Below are positions 26,882 through 36,907 of a stretch of DNA of 64,000 bases, in pieces. Origin of the DNA: Candidatus Sericytochromatia bacterium (GTDB lineage Bacteria > Cyanobacteriota > Sericytochromatia > UBA7694); assembly GCA_044356335.1 (NCBI GenBank), contig JBIKWL010000002.1, forward strand, positions 10,426-74,425, written 5' to 3'. The notes under the pieces are model-generated. The model made no database searches. It was not told the origin of the DNA and saw only the letters and a list, made by a program, of their open reading frames with translations. Positions within the stretch are counted from its first letter, which is position 1, and each line of letters begins with the position of its first letter. A program made the position numbers and the translations under genes.

Positions 26882-28045
26882 TTAAGCCTCGGCAATCTGC
26901 ATTTTCACGCCCCGCAGGGCCAATTCCTCCAAGAAAATACCAGAAGGAACGGACTTCTCCAGTGGGATCGCCCCTTTTTCGGTTTGGCCTCGGGCCATCA
27001 TGATCGCCACAATTGAGGCCGGGAAACCCGTCATGCGCGACATGGAGTTAAAACCCGTGGCATCGTCAAAGAAATCGATGATGGTGTACTCCAAAGTTTT
27101 GGCTTGACCGTCTTTGAGACCTTTGCAGGTCGCCCGCAAGACCACCAGATCTTTTTCGCCCGGAAAATTGAGTTTGTCCAAGGCCAAAGTATGAAAGAGA
27201 TGACGGGGAATCACAGCTTGCCCATCAACCTGGACAGGTTCAAGTTCCAGCAGGCCCAGATCGCGCATCAATTTCATTTTGTCGTAATGGCCTTTGTAGC
27301 GGATCGTCTTGTATTCAAAGGTCTTGACCTGGCCTTCATAGGTCCAGGGACAAGTCGAGGTGCCACCCGAGGTGGTGAAGGCTTCACATTCGCCCAAAGG
27401 GGCCGGCAACTGTAGAGTTTCAAGTTCCGAAAAAGTACTCACTTTGTCAATTTTGCCATCCCGCAAGATCACTGCTTGACCAAAGTACTCGTTGGTCAGA
27501 CCTTCCACGCTAAAAACCAGCATATAGTCCAGCGGCGGTTGGGGATTTTGCGGAAGTCCGCCACAGCGCACCTGGACTTCGTCGCAGCTATCAAGTTGGC
27601 CAATCCCATGGGCAGCCAGGGTATTGCCCAAACCCGGAGCCAAACCGCAATCGGGAATCACCGAAACACCTGCAGCCAGTGCTTTTTCATGTAATTCCAA
27701 TTCCTGAAAGACCACATCGGTATTGCCGCCAAGATCGCAAAAATGGGTTTTGGCTTCGACCGCACAGGCCGCAATCTGGGGATTGAGGAAATAAGGTACA
27801 GCGCTCAGACAGCTATCTGCGGGTTTAAGCACTTCCAATAATTGTTCACGGTTGCGCACATCGACCGTGCCAGGCTCCACCACTTTTTTCTCAAGCAGCC
27901 CATTGATATGGCTCGCTGATTTTTGGGCCTGTTCCAAGCTCATATCCAGCAGTAAGACCTTGTCTGCATCTCCAAATTTGGCCATATCATAGGCAATCGT
28001 GGTGCCCTGAATGCCAGCCCCCAAAACAACGTAGGTATATCCCAT
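26882..28045 (-). CDS. Saccharopine dehydrogenase / lysine 6-dehydrogenase family protein
   Basis: GAGIQG Rossmann motif, DLGGN, CGLAPG, GGLPQ, FSVEGL, KTIRY, MSRMTG; AAGGAG RBS before ATG 28045. Confidence 0.9.
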   Translation of the reverse strand: MGYTYVVLGAGIQGTTIAYDMAKFGDADKVLLLDMSLEQAQKSASHINGLLEKKVVEPGTVDVRNREQLLEVLKPADSCLSAVPYFLNPQIAACAVEAKTHFCDLGGNTDVVFQELELHEKALAAGVSVIPDCGLAPGLGNTLAAHGIGQLDSCDEVQVRCGGLPQNPQPPLDYMLVFSVEGLTNEYFGQAVILRDGKIDKVSTFSELETLQLPAPLGECEAFTTSGGTSTCPWTYEGQVKTFEYKTIRYKGHYDKMKLMRDLGLLELEPVQVDGQAVIPRHLFHTLALDKLNFPGEKDLVVLRATCKGLKDGQAKTLEYTIIDFFDDATGFNSMSRMTGFPASIVAIMMARGQTEKGAIPLEKSVPSGIFLEELALRGVKMQIAEA

Positions 28046-28122
28046 AAAGGTCTCCTTGTGGTGTATGATTTCCATGTATTGTACCAAGCTCTCAAGCGCA
28101 ATCGGCGAGGAGGACATTCAGC

Positions 28123-28719
28123 ATGTGGCAAAAGGTTCTAATGGTTTCAGGCTCGGCACTCTGGGGATTGGCCCTATTTTTGGCTCAACCCACTCCGCTG
28201 CAGGCTCAAACAGCTGGCTGCGGGCTTTTAAGCGAAACCCAATTGGCAGGTTTATTGCCAGAGGCCCAAGCCATTCAGCAGCTCAGCCAAGTGCCCGGAC
28301 GCTGCGTGTTTGAATGGCGAAAAACCAACGCCGACGAGCTTGAGAAACAAAACCAGGAACGCCTGCGCAGCTCAATGCAACGTGGCGGAAGTCCCTACCA
28401 GCCCGTTTCTGGCTGGAGCAAGATCTCACTGGAGATCCGCCAAAAATTTGCCACGCAAGCAGAGGCTCAGGCGGCCTTCAAACAAGAGGCAGCCGGTCAG
28501 CGCGAAGCCCGTTTTGGTAGCCCCGACGCCCTGGGAGATCAGGCTTTTGAGGTTTTAAAAAACGACAAAAGCCTGATGGCCTGGAATGGCGAAAGCAAAA
28601 CCCTGCTCTTTCAATCAGGTCTGTATTTATGCGTACTCAGCCTGGACGTGGCTGAGACACCCGACAAAAACCGCGATCTGGCACTTAAAATCGCCCAAAT
28701 GGTCAAATTGGCAGCCTAA
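28123..28719 (+). CDS. Secreted hypothetical protein
   Basis: GAGGAGG RBS; signal peptide; two Cys (CGLL..CVFEW). Confidence 0.75.
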   Translation: MWQKVLMVSGSALWGLALFLAQPTPLQAQTAGCGLLSETQLAGLLPEAQAIQQLSQVPGRCVFEWRKTNADELEKQNQERLRSSMQRGGSPYQPVSGWSKISLEIRQKFATQAEAQAAFKQEAAGQREARFGSPDALGDQAFEVLKNDKSLMAWNGESKTLLFQSGLYLCVLSLDVAETPDKNRDLALKIAQMVKLAA

Positions 28720-28733
28720 AAAAATAATGGCGT

Positions 28734-30185
28734 TCAACGCCAATTGACCAATTGGGTGCAAAGCAAATCCTGCGAGGCCCGTGCCGCGTAAACGCCGGTA
28801 AAATGGTTCATCAAGAAAGAGAAGACCAGGGTTTCGTTGTTCTTGGTCTGCAAATAGCCCGAGAGGGCTGACACCCCATTGATAAAACCGGTTTTGGCCC
28901 GGATTCTGCGTTTGAGATCGGGAGAGTTGAGACGGGCATGTAAAGTGCCATCTACCCCCGAGATCGCCAGGGAAGAGACATAGTCGACCCCCACATCAAA
29001 TTGGGAGTGCATATAACTCAAAATTTGCGCCAAAGACTGGGCCGTGACGCGGTTCAAGGGCGAAAGCCCAGAGCCATCTGCGATCGCAATCCCGGTTTGA
29101 TTATTCAAACCCACCATGTCTTTGAGAAATTTTTCTTGGATCACTTTGGCCCCTTTGGCCGCAGTACCAGGTTCTCCCTCAAAAATCGCCCCCATGTATT
29201 TGAGCAGATTTTCGGCAATCAAATTGACACTGTGTTTGTTGAGTTCGCCAACAATATCCCGCAGCGGACGCGATTCTGTGCGGGCCAATTCATAGACACC
29301 GGGTGGAGTCTTGCTCTGCTCTACTCGGCCTGGCAGGCGCACCCCCTCTTTGCGCAAGAGATTTTGAAAGACATACCCTGTGTACAAAGCAGGGTTTTCG
29401 AGATTGATCGACTCCTTTTCTGGACGGGCCTGGGGCGAAACGGATCCCGAGACAGTGACACGGTTTTTGCCATTGACCATGCTGCGGGCAATCTGCAAAC
29501 GGGTGCGTCCTCCCGTATAGGTCTGATTCACAATTTCAAAATACTGATTGGGGGGCTCCAATGCCACCTCAGCTGGTTTACCGGGAATTCCGGGGCGTAC
29601 CCAGACATCCACGGTATTGCGATTCAATGAGAGCGCGCTGATCTGGGCACTGTAAGCCGAAGCTCCGTAGGTCTTTTTCCAGCCCCGTCCTTCCCGCAAG
29701 AGGTCAAAGAAAGTATCATCGACAATCAATTTGCCTTTGATCTCCTGAATTCCGCTGTAGCGGATCTCCGAAGCCAATTGGGTCAAACCATCATCGGTCA
29801 ACTCGGGATCCCCCAACCCCTTGAGATAGAGATTGCCATTGAGCGTGTTGCCCTGGATCCGTCCATCGGTATAAACCAGGGTTTTAAAACGAAATTCGGG
29901 TTTAAGCAGTGCAAGCGCCGCTGCAGAAGTTACCAATTTCATGTTGGAGGCTGGCATCAGAGGCGTATTGGCATTGTGTGAAACCAAGGATTTGCCCGTT
30001 TTGAGCGAGGTCACCTGAATACCCGTATGCGCGGCAGAAAGGCCTGGTTGCATCCACTGCACAGTTGCAGTAGTCTGGCCCTGGGAGCGGGCTGAGGCCG
30101 GAAAAACAAGGAGAGGAAAGACCCCCAGCAAGGGAATCAAAAATCTCCGTAACTTAAAGAAATGTAACACAATCCCTCCGAACAC
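28734..30185 (-). CDS. dacB: D-alanyl-D-alanine carboxypeptidase/endopeptidase PBP4 (peptidase S13)
   Basis: PASNMK (SxxK), SVN (SxN), DGSGLS, AKTG; exact start uncertain. Confidence 0.95.
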   Translation of the reverse strand: MFGGIVLHFFKLRRFLIPLLGVFPLLVFPASARSQGQTTATVQWMQPGLSAAHTGIQVTSLKTGKSLVSHNANTPLMPASNMKLVTSAAALALLKPEFRFKTLVYTDGRIQGNTLNGNLYLKGLGDPELTDDGLTQLASEIRYSGIQEIKGKLIVDDTFFDLLREGRGWKKTYGASAYSAQISALSLNRNTVDVWVRPGIPGKPAEVALEPPNQYFEIVNQTYTGGRTRLQIARSMVNGKNRVTVSGSVSPQARPEKESINLENPALYTGYVFQNLLRKEGVRLPGRVEQSKTPPGVYELARTESRPLRDIVGELNKHSVNLIAENLLKYMGAIFEGEPGTAAKGAKVIQEKFLKDMVGLNNQTGIAIADGSGLSPLNRVTAQSLAQILSYMHSQFDVGVDYVSSLAISGVDGTLHARLNSPDLKRRIRAKTGFINGVSALSGYLQTKNNETLVFSFLMNHFTGVYAARASQDLLCTQLVNWR

Positions 30186-30320
30186 AGGATAAGCTTGTTA
30201 AAATTATATTTTAAATTCATCATAATGCTCACAACTGTGATGAACCCACGTTGTTAATCCAAAGATCTTGTCGTATTATGTATAAGACGAGTTCCTGATG
30301 AGAATGAGGTAGTTCCTATT

Positions 30321-31217
30321 TTGACTAATAATCCTTTGCAATCACTCCGTTTTGTAAAGTCACGGCCCCTCACCGGTGATGATCTGAAGGCGTTGTATTA
30401 TATTCACGACAAGGTCGCTCAGACCCTGACAGAAATCCTGTCCGCTGAGCCGACTTCTGCTGCCACTTGGCAGGTTATCAGCGTAGAACAACAGAGCTTT
30501 CAACAGGTTTTGCGCAAATATCCGCGCGACTCCGTCTGGTCTTTGCTCGGTTTTGGCGAATCTTTGGTAGGTGGCGTGGCCCTTGTTATTGAAAAAGAAT
30601 CTGTCATTTCGATGGTGCGTCAGGCAGGTGCCGAGATCGCGCCCGAATCCGAAAACGAAATCACAGAATTTGAATTGGGTCAGATCGACAATCGCATCCA
30701 GCAATTTTCTGAGGCCTTCTCCACGGTCTGGGGCGAACACCATCCCCTCAGCCTGCAATTGGCGACCTTCCCCAATACGCCGACGATTGATGAGTTCCGC
30801 AATTTATTAATGGGGATCAACCCGGATACCCCGTCCGTATTGCTCACCTTTCAAGTGACCATGATTGCCCGCGAAGTTCAAAAAGCGGCGTTGGTCTTCC
30901 CCCAGCCTTATCTGGCTCCTTTGTATCACGCCCTACAGAGCGTTTTGGAAGGCACCAATGAAGAGGCTGATTTTGAACAAGTTCAAGAGCGCATTTCCAT
31001 GGTAGATGATGTCACTACGCCTGTGATCGTGGAATTGGGCAAAACCCGTATGAGTTTTGCTGATATCCAGACCATGGAATTCAATGACTTTATTGTCCTT
31101 GACCAAACCATTGACAAGCCTTTGACTGTCAAGGTGGGCAAGGATACCCTCATGAAAGGCATGCCTGGCACTACCTCTGATGGACGCCATCTTGCCGTGC
31201 AGATTATGGAGTCATGA
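30321..31217 (+). CDS. fliM: FliM-like flagellar motor switch protein
   Basis: CheC-like middle domain (SVEQQSF, ITEFE) and C-terminal SPOA (VIVELGKTRMSF..DFIVLD); first gene of the fli block. Confidence 0.7.
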   Translation: MTNNPLQSLRFVKSRPLTGDDLKALYYIHDKVAQTLTEILSAEPTSAATWQVISVEQQSFQQVLRKYPRDSVWSLLGFGESLVGGVALVIEKESVISMVRQAGAEIAPESENEITEFELGQIDNRIQQFSEAFSTVWGEHHPLSLQLATFPNTPTIDEFRNLLMGINPDTPSVLLTFQVTMIAREVQKAALVFPQPYLAPLYHALQSVLEGTNEEADFEQVQERISMVDDVTTPVIVELGKTRMSFADIQTMEFNDFIVLDQTIDKPLTVKVGKDTLMKGMPGTTSDGRHLAVQIMES

Positions 31218-31248
31218 GAACCAAAATGTCTGTAGAGAGAGATAGAGT

Positions 31249-33201
31249 TTGACTATGTACCAGCAAGATCCTTTGTTTGATGAATTGCTGCGCAAGCCGA
31301 TGATGATGGCTTCGCAGAATGATGATGATTATGATGAAGACGAAGACGAAGAGGAAGAAGACCTCTTTGGCGACGACATCATGGCCGCTCTGCAGGCTGA
31401 AAAAGATGCGGAATCGGCTGAAGCGGATGCATATGCTGCTTCATTGCTCGGTGGAGATGCAGGCGATGTCGAGGCGGCCCCCGCTGAACCGGTTGCTCCG
31501 CCACCTCCCCCGAAAGAATATACGTTACCAGGTATTTGGCGTCACCCCTGGGGCTATCGCCTGATCACCTTGTTTGGCTTTGTGCCCTTGGCCTTGCTGG
31601 CGGCATTTACCGTCATTCAAAAAAGTCTCAGCTTACCCATGACTTTGTTCATGGTGGTTTTTGTGGTGGGCTTGGGCTTCTCCATTCACCACATGCTCTA
31701 TCTCAACGCCAACAAATACACCTTTACTGTCAGCTTTGACAACGTTCGCGGTTTTTTCCGCTGGTCAGAAGTCCTGGTGATTTCTGCTGTGCTCTTGGGT
31801 GTGTCCTTCTTAAATCTGGGTAATTTGGCAAAAGGCAAACCCCTGACACTTTCAGGCAAGCCGGTGGCCACCGCTACCCATACTTCAGAAAACGAAGAAG
31901 AAGTGGTCTACTCTTCATTTAAACAAGTTAAAAACACCAGCACTGCCAGCAGCGAAAGCAAACCCGCTGTTGCAGGTGGTGCTGTTGGCATCAGCGGCGT
32001 TAAAGAAAAAGTTGGCGATAAATACAACAAAGCCTTAAAAGGCGGCGTAGCTGGTTCTGCAGCCGGTTTAATCGGCAGTCAAGACTTGCCCGATGAAACC
32101 ATGCCCCAGTCTGAAACCGCTCCTTTGCGCGGCACAGGCAGTCCTGTCTTGGACATGCTCTTTATGGGCGGGTCTCTGGCTGCCGCTTTTGGTTACGCTT
32201 TTGTCTTGGCAATTGCCGGCGCCATTTTCGGCCTGATGCGCAAATTTGAAACCCCGTTTTCACGTAAATATGTTGAAACCATTCACGTGGACACAGCCAA
32301 AGTCACCCGCATTGACGAACCCGAATCGGCCCCAGCCATGGGAGCGCTGAATATTGTTGCCCGTATGACAATTGGAGCCAGCTTTGGCGCCACCTTGGGT
32401 TTCATTCTCGGTTTGATCAGCGTTGTTTTGTTGAATCTCTTCTTCGGCAGAGAAATCGGCAATCCTGCGGTTGCCCCATTGCTTTCAAGCCTTGGGCTTG
32501 CTCCCAGCGCTGATTTGGCGTTTACCCATGCTGTCACTTTGGGCGGCCTGATGATTCCCTTCGTGATTCTGGTGGTTGGCAAAATGTCTCCCCAGGGCCT
32601 GTCTGTCAGCGATGAGTTGATTCGCACCCACTACCGTCATGAGCCCCAAGGCCGAGTCATTCCTGCGGATCAAGCAGGTGGCGCGTTTGCCAATCCTGCA
32701 ATCATCAGTTTTGATGGCAGTGGCATGATGCCTGATGCGCTGGAAGCCGAATTGGAAACCAGCAAACTCATGGAAGAATTGTCCATGGACGAAGACAATC
32801 TGGCCTCTGAAATCATTGATGAATTTGGCCGTGATTTTGAAAGCGTCTTTGGCATCGACACCCGTGAGCTTCTGGCTCCCCACACCAGCCGTCACATTGT
32901 CGATAAAAAGTTGCTCTCCTCTGCACTGGATGAGTCCTTCGGAGAACTGGGCAATGTACCTGTTGAGATCAGCGCGGAACTGGGCCAGGCCACCCTGGAT
33001 CTGGTCGAGTGGTTGAATCTGAAAGAGGGCACACTGGTTCTGCTGAATAAGCCAGCCAATGAAGAAATTGATATCCTGTTTAACGGGGTACGTAAAGGCA
33101 AAGGGAAGCTGCTCGTCACTGACAGCAACCTGTCTGTAAAGGTTTCAACAACCTATTTTGGTGGTAATAATGGCCACCAATTGCAAAATCTGACTGTTTA
33201 A
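31249..33201 (+). CDS. Multi-pass membrane protein with C-terminal FliN/SPOA domain
   Basis: Acidic N-terminus, about 6 TM segments, C-terminal [40 protein letters not shown]. Confidence 0.8.
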   Translation: MTMYQQDPLFDELLRKPMMMASQNDDDYDEDEDEEEEDLFGDDIMAALQAEKDAESAEADAYAASLLGGDAGDVEAAPAEPVAPPPPPKEYTLPGIWRHPWGYRLITLFGFVPLALLAAFTVIQKSLSLPMTLFMVVFVVGLGFSIHHMLYLNANKYTFTVSFDNVRGFFRWSEVLVISAVLLGVSFLNLGNLAKGKPLTLSGKPVATATHTSENEEEVVYSSFKQVKNTSTASSESKPAVAGGAVGISGVKEKVGDKYNKALKGGVAGSAAGLIGSQDLPDETMPQSETAPLRGTGSPVLDMLFMGGSLAAAFGYAFVLAIAGAIFGLMRKFETPFSRKYVETIHVDTAKVTRIDEPESAPAMGALNIVARMTIGASFGATLGFILGLISVVLLNLFFGREIGNPAVAPLLSSLGLAPSADLAFTHAVTLGGLMIPFVILVVGKMSPQGLSVSDELIRTHYRHEPQGRVIPADQAGGAFANPAIISFDGSGMMPDALEAELETSKLMEELSMDEDNLASEIIDEFGRDFESVFGIDTRELLAPHTSRHIVDKKLLSSALDESFGELGNVPVEISAELGQATLDLVEWLNLKEGTLVLLNKPANEEIDILFNGVRKGKGKLLVTDSNLSVKVSTTYFGGNNGHQLQNLTV

Positions 33202-33223
33202 TATTCGAGGAGGCATTTCATCC

Positions 33224-33628
33224 GTGGCAGAAACGAAAGCGCAAAATAAACCGACGCGCAAAATGACGGTAAGTCCCGTCAAATTTGCACCCCTGGTCCG
33301 GGATCTGCCCACCTCTGCCGTTACCGGTGTTCTGGGTAATCTGGAACTGGTAAAAGACGTCAAAATGGACGTTACGGTGGAATTGGGAAGAACCCATCTC
33401 CCTCTGAAAGAGGTTCTTCAATTAGAAGACTCTTCAGTGATCAAATTAGAGCGTCTGGCCGGTGAACCGGTAGACTTGCTGGTAAATGGCCGTTTGATCG
33501 CCAAAGGAGAAGTTGTCGTCATCGGCAATAACTTCGGCGTCAAAATCACCCAGGTTCATAAGCCCAAAGCTTCTGAATCCGGTGGTGATTCCAGTGCCAT
33601 GGAAGGATTCGATGAGGGCGGTTATTAA
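33224..33628 (+). CDS. fliN: Flagellar motor switch protein FliN
   Basis: [47 protein letters not shown]. Confidence 0.95.
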   Translation: MAETKAQNKPTRKMTVSPVKFAPLVRDLPTSAVTGVLGNLELVKDVKMDVTVELGRTHLPLKEVLQLEDSSVIKLERLAGEPVDLLVNGRLIAKGEVVVIGNNFGVKITQVHKPKASESGGDSSAMEGFDEGGY

Positions 33629-33646
33629 CTAACCGCTGAACTTTTC

Positions 33647-34039
33647 ATGGGGGAACCCTTTCAGTTTGACTATGTAGGCTATTTGCGAAATATGGTTTTC
33701 CTTATCATTTTGATGGGAATCCTGGCCTTTATCTTGGTTAAACTGAAAGGTGGCAAAGCCCAAATCCCCGGGCTTCCCCTTTTAAAATTGCCCAAAATAG
33801 GCAATAATTCAAACCAACAGATTCGGATTGTCGAACGTACGCTGTTGGAGGGCAGAAAAAACCTGTATTTGATACAGGTTTTCGAAGACCAATACTGGTT
33901 AATCGGCACGACAGATACCCAGATTACCAATTTGGGACTGGTCAAGCCCCCTTACGATATGGGTGCTGGCGCAGAGCCAGACAATCCCAAAGCCTTTGCA
34001 GAATATGTGGAAGATCATGAAACAAAAACAACTGATTAA
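33647..34039 (+). CDS. fliO: Flagellar biosynthesis protein FliO
   Basis: One TM, then IRIVERTLL..KNLYLIQV..LIGTT..IT; lies between fliN and fliP. Confidence 0.85.
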   Translation: MGEPFQFDYVGYLRNMVFLIILMGILAFILVKLKGGKAQIPGLPLLKLPKIGNNSNQQIRIVERTLLEGRKNLYLIQVFEDQYWLIGTTDTQITNLGLVKPPYDMGAGAEPDNPKAFAEYVEDHETKTTD

Positions 34040-34832
34040 GACTCTTGGAATAGCCTCTTTGGCTGTTTTAGCTCTGATCCTCCTTTTTTATACTTTGCCT
34101 GTGCTGGCCCAGAATGGTCCCTTGCCAACCCGGCCCGTCACCCCCGCCAACCCCACCAATTTATTGGACTCGATTGATCTCCGCAAGTCAATGAGCCTCG
34201 AGGAATTGGGCACTCCCTTACAACTGATCGTTTTTATGTCTTTATTAACGGTCTTGCCTTTCATGTTCATCATGACCACCTCTTTTATTCGCACGATTAT
34301 TGTTTTGAGCTTTTTGCGTACGGCCATGGGTACCCAAACCAATCCGCCCAACCAAGTTGTGGTCGGTATTGCCTTGTTCTTAACGCTCTACACCATGTCT
34401 CCCGTTTGGGATCGCATCAACAATGACGCGATTGTGCCTTATCTTGACAACAAAATCACCCAATCGATTGCAGTGGAGCGGGGATTGACCCCAATCAAAA
34501 CCTTTATGCTCAAACACACAAGCAAACAGGAACTGGGCTTTTTCATCCGTTTGGCCAACGAACCCAAACCCCAGCGCCCCTCAGATGTACCGCTGCACGT
34601 CGTTGTTCCAGCCTTTATGGTCAGCGAATTAACCACTGGTTTTAAGATGGGTTTTGTCTTGTTCTTGCCCTTCTTGGTTATTGACTTAGTGGTAGCCAAT
34701 ACCTTGCTGGCCTTGGGGATGATGATGTTGTCACCCGTCACGATTTCTTTGCCCTTTAAGATTCTGGTCTTCACCCTGGCCGATGGTTGGTTCTTGATCC
34801 TCCAGGCCATTGTCATGAGTTTCCGAATATGA
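34017..34832 (+). CDS. fliP: Flagellar export gate protein FliP
   Basis: TSFIRTIIVLSFLRTAMG, PPNQV, PAFMVSEL, LGMMMLSP, LPFKILVF..DGW. Confidence 0.97.
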   Translation: MKQKQLIKTLGIASLAVLALILLFYTLPVLAQNGPLPTRPVTPANPTNLLDSIDLRKSMSLEELGTPLQLIVFMSLLTVLPFMFIMTTSFIRTIIVLSFLRTAMGTQTNPPNQVVVGIALFLTLYTMSPVWDRINNDAIVPYLDNKITQSIAVERGLTPIKTFMLKHTSKQELGFFIRLANEPKPQRPSDVPLHVVVPAFMVSELTTGFKMGFVLFLPFLVIDLVVANTLLALGMMMLSPVTISLPFKILVFTLADGWFLILQAIVMSFRI

Positions 34833-34848
34833 GGGGAGATTAACCAGC

Positions 34849-35121
34849 ATGTCTCAAAATCTCATTCTCACCCTGGGTACCCAAGCGATCATGATGATCG
34901 TCTTGATGTCTCTGCCCCTGATTTTAACAGCTATGCTCGTGGGTTTGACGGTGAGTATTTTGCAAGCCGTAACACAGATCCAAGAGCAAACCTTGAGCTT
35001 TGTTCCAAAAACGATTTGCGTTTTCAGTATGCTTATTTTGATCAGCCCCTGGCATATGTCTACTATTGGTGAATATCTCAAACATTTGCTGATCAATCTG
35101 CCCACCTACCTGAGCCGGTAG
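34849..35121 (+). CDS. fliQ: Flagellar export gate protein FliQ
   Basis: QAVTQIQEQTLSFVPK signature. Confidence 0.97.
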   Translation: MSQNLILTLGTQAIMMIVLMSLPLILTAMLVGLTVSILQAVTQIQEQTLSFVPKTICVFSMLILISPWHMSTIGEYLKHLLINLPTYLSR

Positions 35122-35134
35122 GCCAGGAAACCCT

Positions 35135-36028
35135 ATGGAATACATTGTCTTCGCCCTGGAGAAGCATGTACCCATTTTCATGTTGGTGGTGGCCCGCACC
35201 CTCGCCTTGACCTTGCAAACCCCTTATTTGGGCTCCGCAACCGTTCCGGGTATGGTAAGGGTAAGTATTTGCCTCTCGCTCTCATTTTTCTACCTGCTGG
35301 GCACCCCCAATCTGCCCGCTGAAATTCCCACCAGCTTTTTGCCCTATATGCTGTTGATGATTCGGGAGTTTTTGGTGGGTGTTCTGTTTGGCTTCTGTGC
35401 CAATATTATTTTGGTGGCCATTCAAGCAGGGGGCGAAATTATTGACGTACAAATTGGCTTGAGCATGGTGATGCAATTCAACCCCCAAACAAAGCAACAG
35501 AGTACCGTCATTGGTAAATTTATGTACCAATTGGGCACAATTGTGTTGATCAGCTCCTACTCTCACCTCTTCCTGCTCAAGGCCTATTTTAAAACCTTTG
35601 AAATTCTGCCGATAGGCACCTTTGACTTTGGCACAGGGCTGGCGCTCAAAGGGATCATCGATATCACTTCGCAAATTTTTGTGGTGGGCGCGCAAATCGC
35701 GCTGCCAATTATTGTGGTCGTTTTTGTCGTGGACTTTGGTTTGGGTATGATGAACCGGGTTGCGCCCCAGATCAATATTTTGGAACTTAACTTTGCCATG
35801 AAACCCACCACAGGCATGTTGCTGATTGTCGTGATTTTTGCCACCCTGATTTCAGTTTTGCACGATTTTTCCTACCGCATGTCGGTCAACGCCCAGGGCT
35901 CGATTACGGCTGTGGCGGAAGGTATTCGCTGGAAACAGATGAACCAGAACAACAAACACAAGGCCCTATTGGAAAAAGAGGGGGTTCCCCCTGGTTTCCC
36001 GATCTTCAAACCCCCTGGTTTCGAATAA
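35135..36028 (+). CDS. fliR: Flagellar export gate protein FliR
   Basis: AGGEIIDVQIGLS, GMMNRVAPQINI; multiple TMs; follows fliQ. Confidence 0.95.
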   Translation: MEYIVFALEKHVPIFMLVVARTLALTLQTPYLGSATVPGMVRVSICLSLSFFYLLGTPNLPAEIPTSFLPYMLLMIREFLVGVLFGFCANIILVAIQAGGEIIDVQIGLSMVMQFNPQTKQQSTVIGKFMYQLGTIVLISSYSHLFLLKAYFKTFEILPIGTFDFGTGLALKGIIDITSQIFVVGAQIALPIIVVVFVVDFGLGMMNRVAPQINILELNFAMKPTTGMLLIVVIFATLISVLHDFSYRMSVNAQGSITAVAEGIRWKQMNQNNKHKALLEKEGVPPGFPIFKPPGFE

Positions 36029-36075
36029 AGATCCGACTGCAATATTTAAACCGATGAGAGAGAATTGATAAGACT

Positions 36076-36771
36076 GTGGCACGTAAAAATGATTTAAAGA
36101 TGAAAATCTTCGGGGTCTTATTTGGCCTGATTTTTTTGGCGGGTTCGGGCTTTCAAGCCATCAAGATGCTCGAGGTCACCCCGGATCAAAGCCTGGCCAA
36201 AGCTGAAAGCCTGATGCTTGCCAACAAATTTCCCGAAGCCCTGGCAGAAGCCGAACAGGCTGCCACCAAAGCTCCCAAAGACGAACGCTTTTGGGTCTTA
36301 CAGGCCAATCTTCAGCTCAAAATGGGCAGCCCCGAAAAGGCCCTGCCTTTGTTTGAAAAGGCCCTCAGTATCAATCCCAACAGTGTCCTGGCCCACGAAA
36401 CAATTGCCGTGATCTATGCCAATAAACGGGACTGGGTTCGGGCCGAAAAACACCTCCAAGCGGCTTTAAAAGTCGAAAACAAAAATGGCGTGGCCCACAA
36501 TAATTTGGGTGTCATTTACCTCGAGCAAAAGCAACCTGCCAAAGCCGAAGCCGCCTTTCAAAAAGCAATTGAAGTCGATCCGCGCAACGGGGATTCTTAT
36601 CGCAATTTGGGGGCACTTTATCGCCAACAGGGCGATCGGGCAAAATCTGATAAGTATTTAATGAACTACCTCAAGCTCTTCCCAAAGGCACCTGATGCAG
36701 AAGAAATTCGGGCTGTTTTGCGCAAAAGTCTGCAATCTGAAGCGAGCCCAAAGCCTGATCCGCAATCCTGA
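36076..36771 (+). CDS. Membrane-anchored or secreted TPR protein
   Basis: N-terminal hydrophobic segment; TPRs (AHNNLGVIY, SYRNLGALY). Confidence 0.85.
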   Translation: MARKNDLKMKIFGVLFGLIFLAGSGFQAIKMLEVTPDQSLAKAESLMLANKFPEALAEAEQAATKAPKDERFWVLQANLQLKMGSPEKALPLFEKALSINPNSVLAHETIAVIYANKRDWVRAEKHLQAALKVENKNGVAHNNLGVIYLEQKQPAKAEAAFQKAIEVDPRNGDSYRNLGALYRQQGDRAKSDKYLMNYLKLFPKAPDAEEIRAVLRKSLQSEASPKPDPQS

Positions 36772-36907
36772 GCGGATATTTTTAAGAATCTTACTCCGAT
36801 CTTCAGAACTCTACCGCTAACCTATAACAAAGCGTATTATACTGATCGCAAACCCGTGAGCAAGGCTTAAAAATGTCTGCTCTACAAAGCAAAAAGAGGT
36901 AATACCT

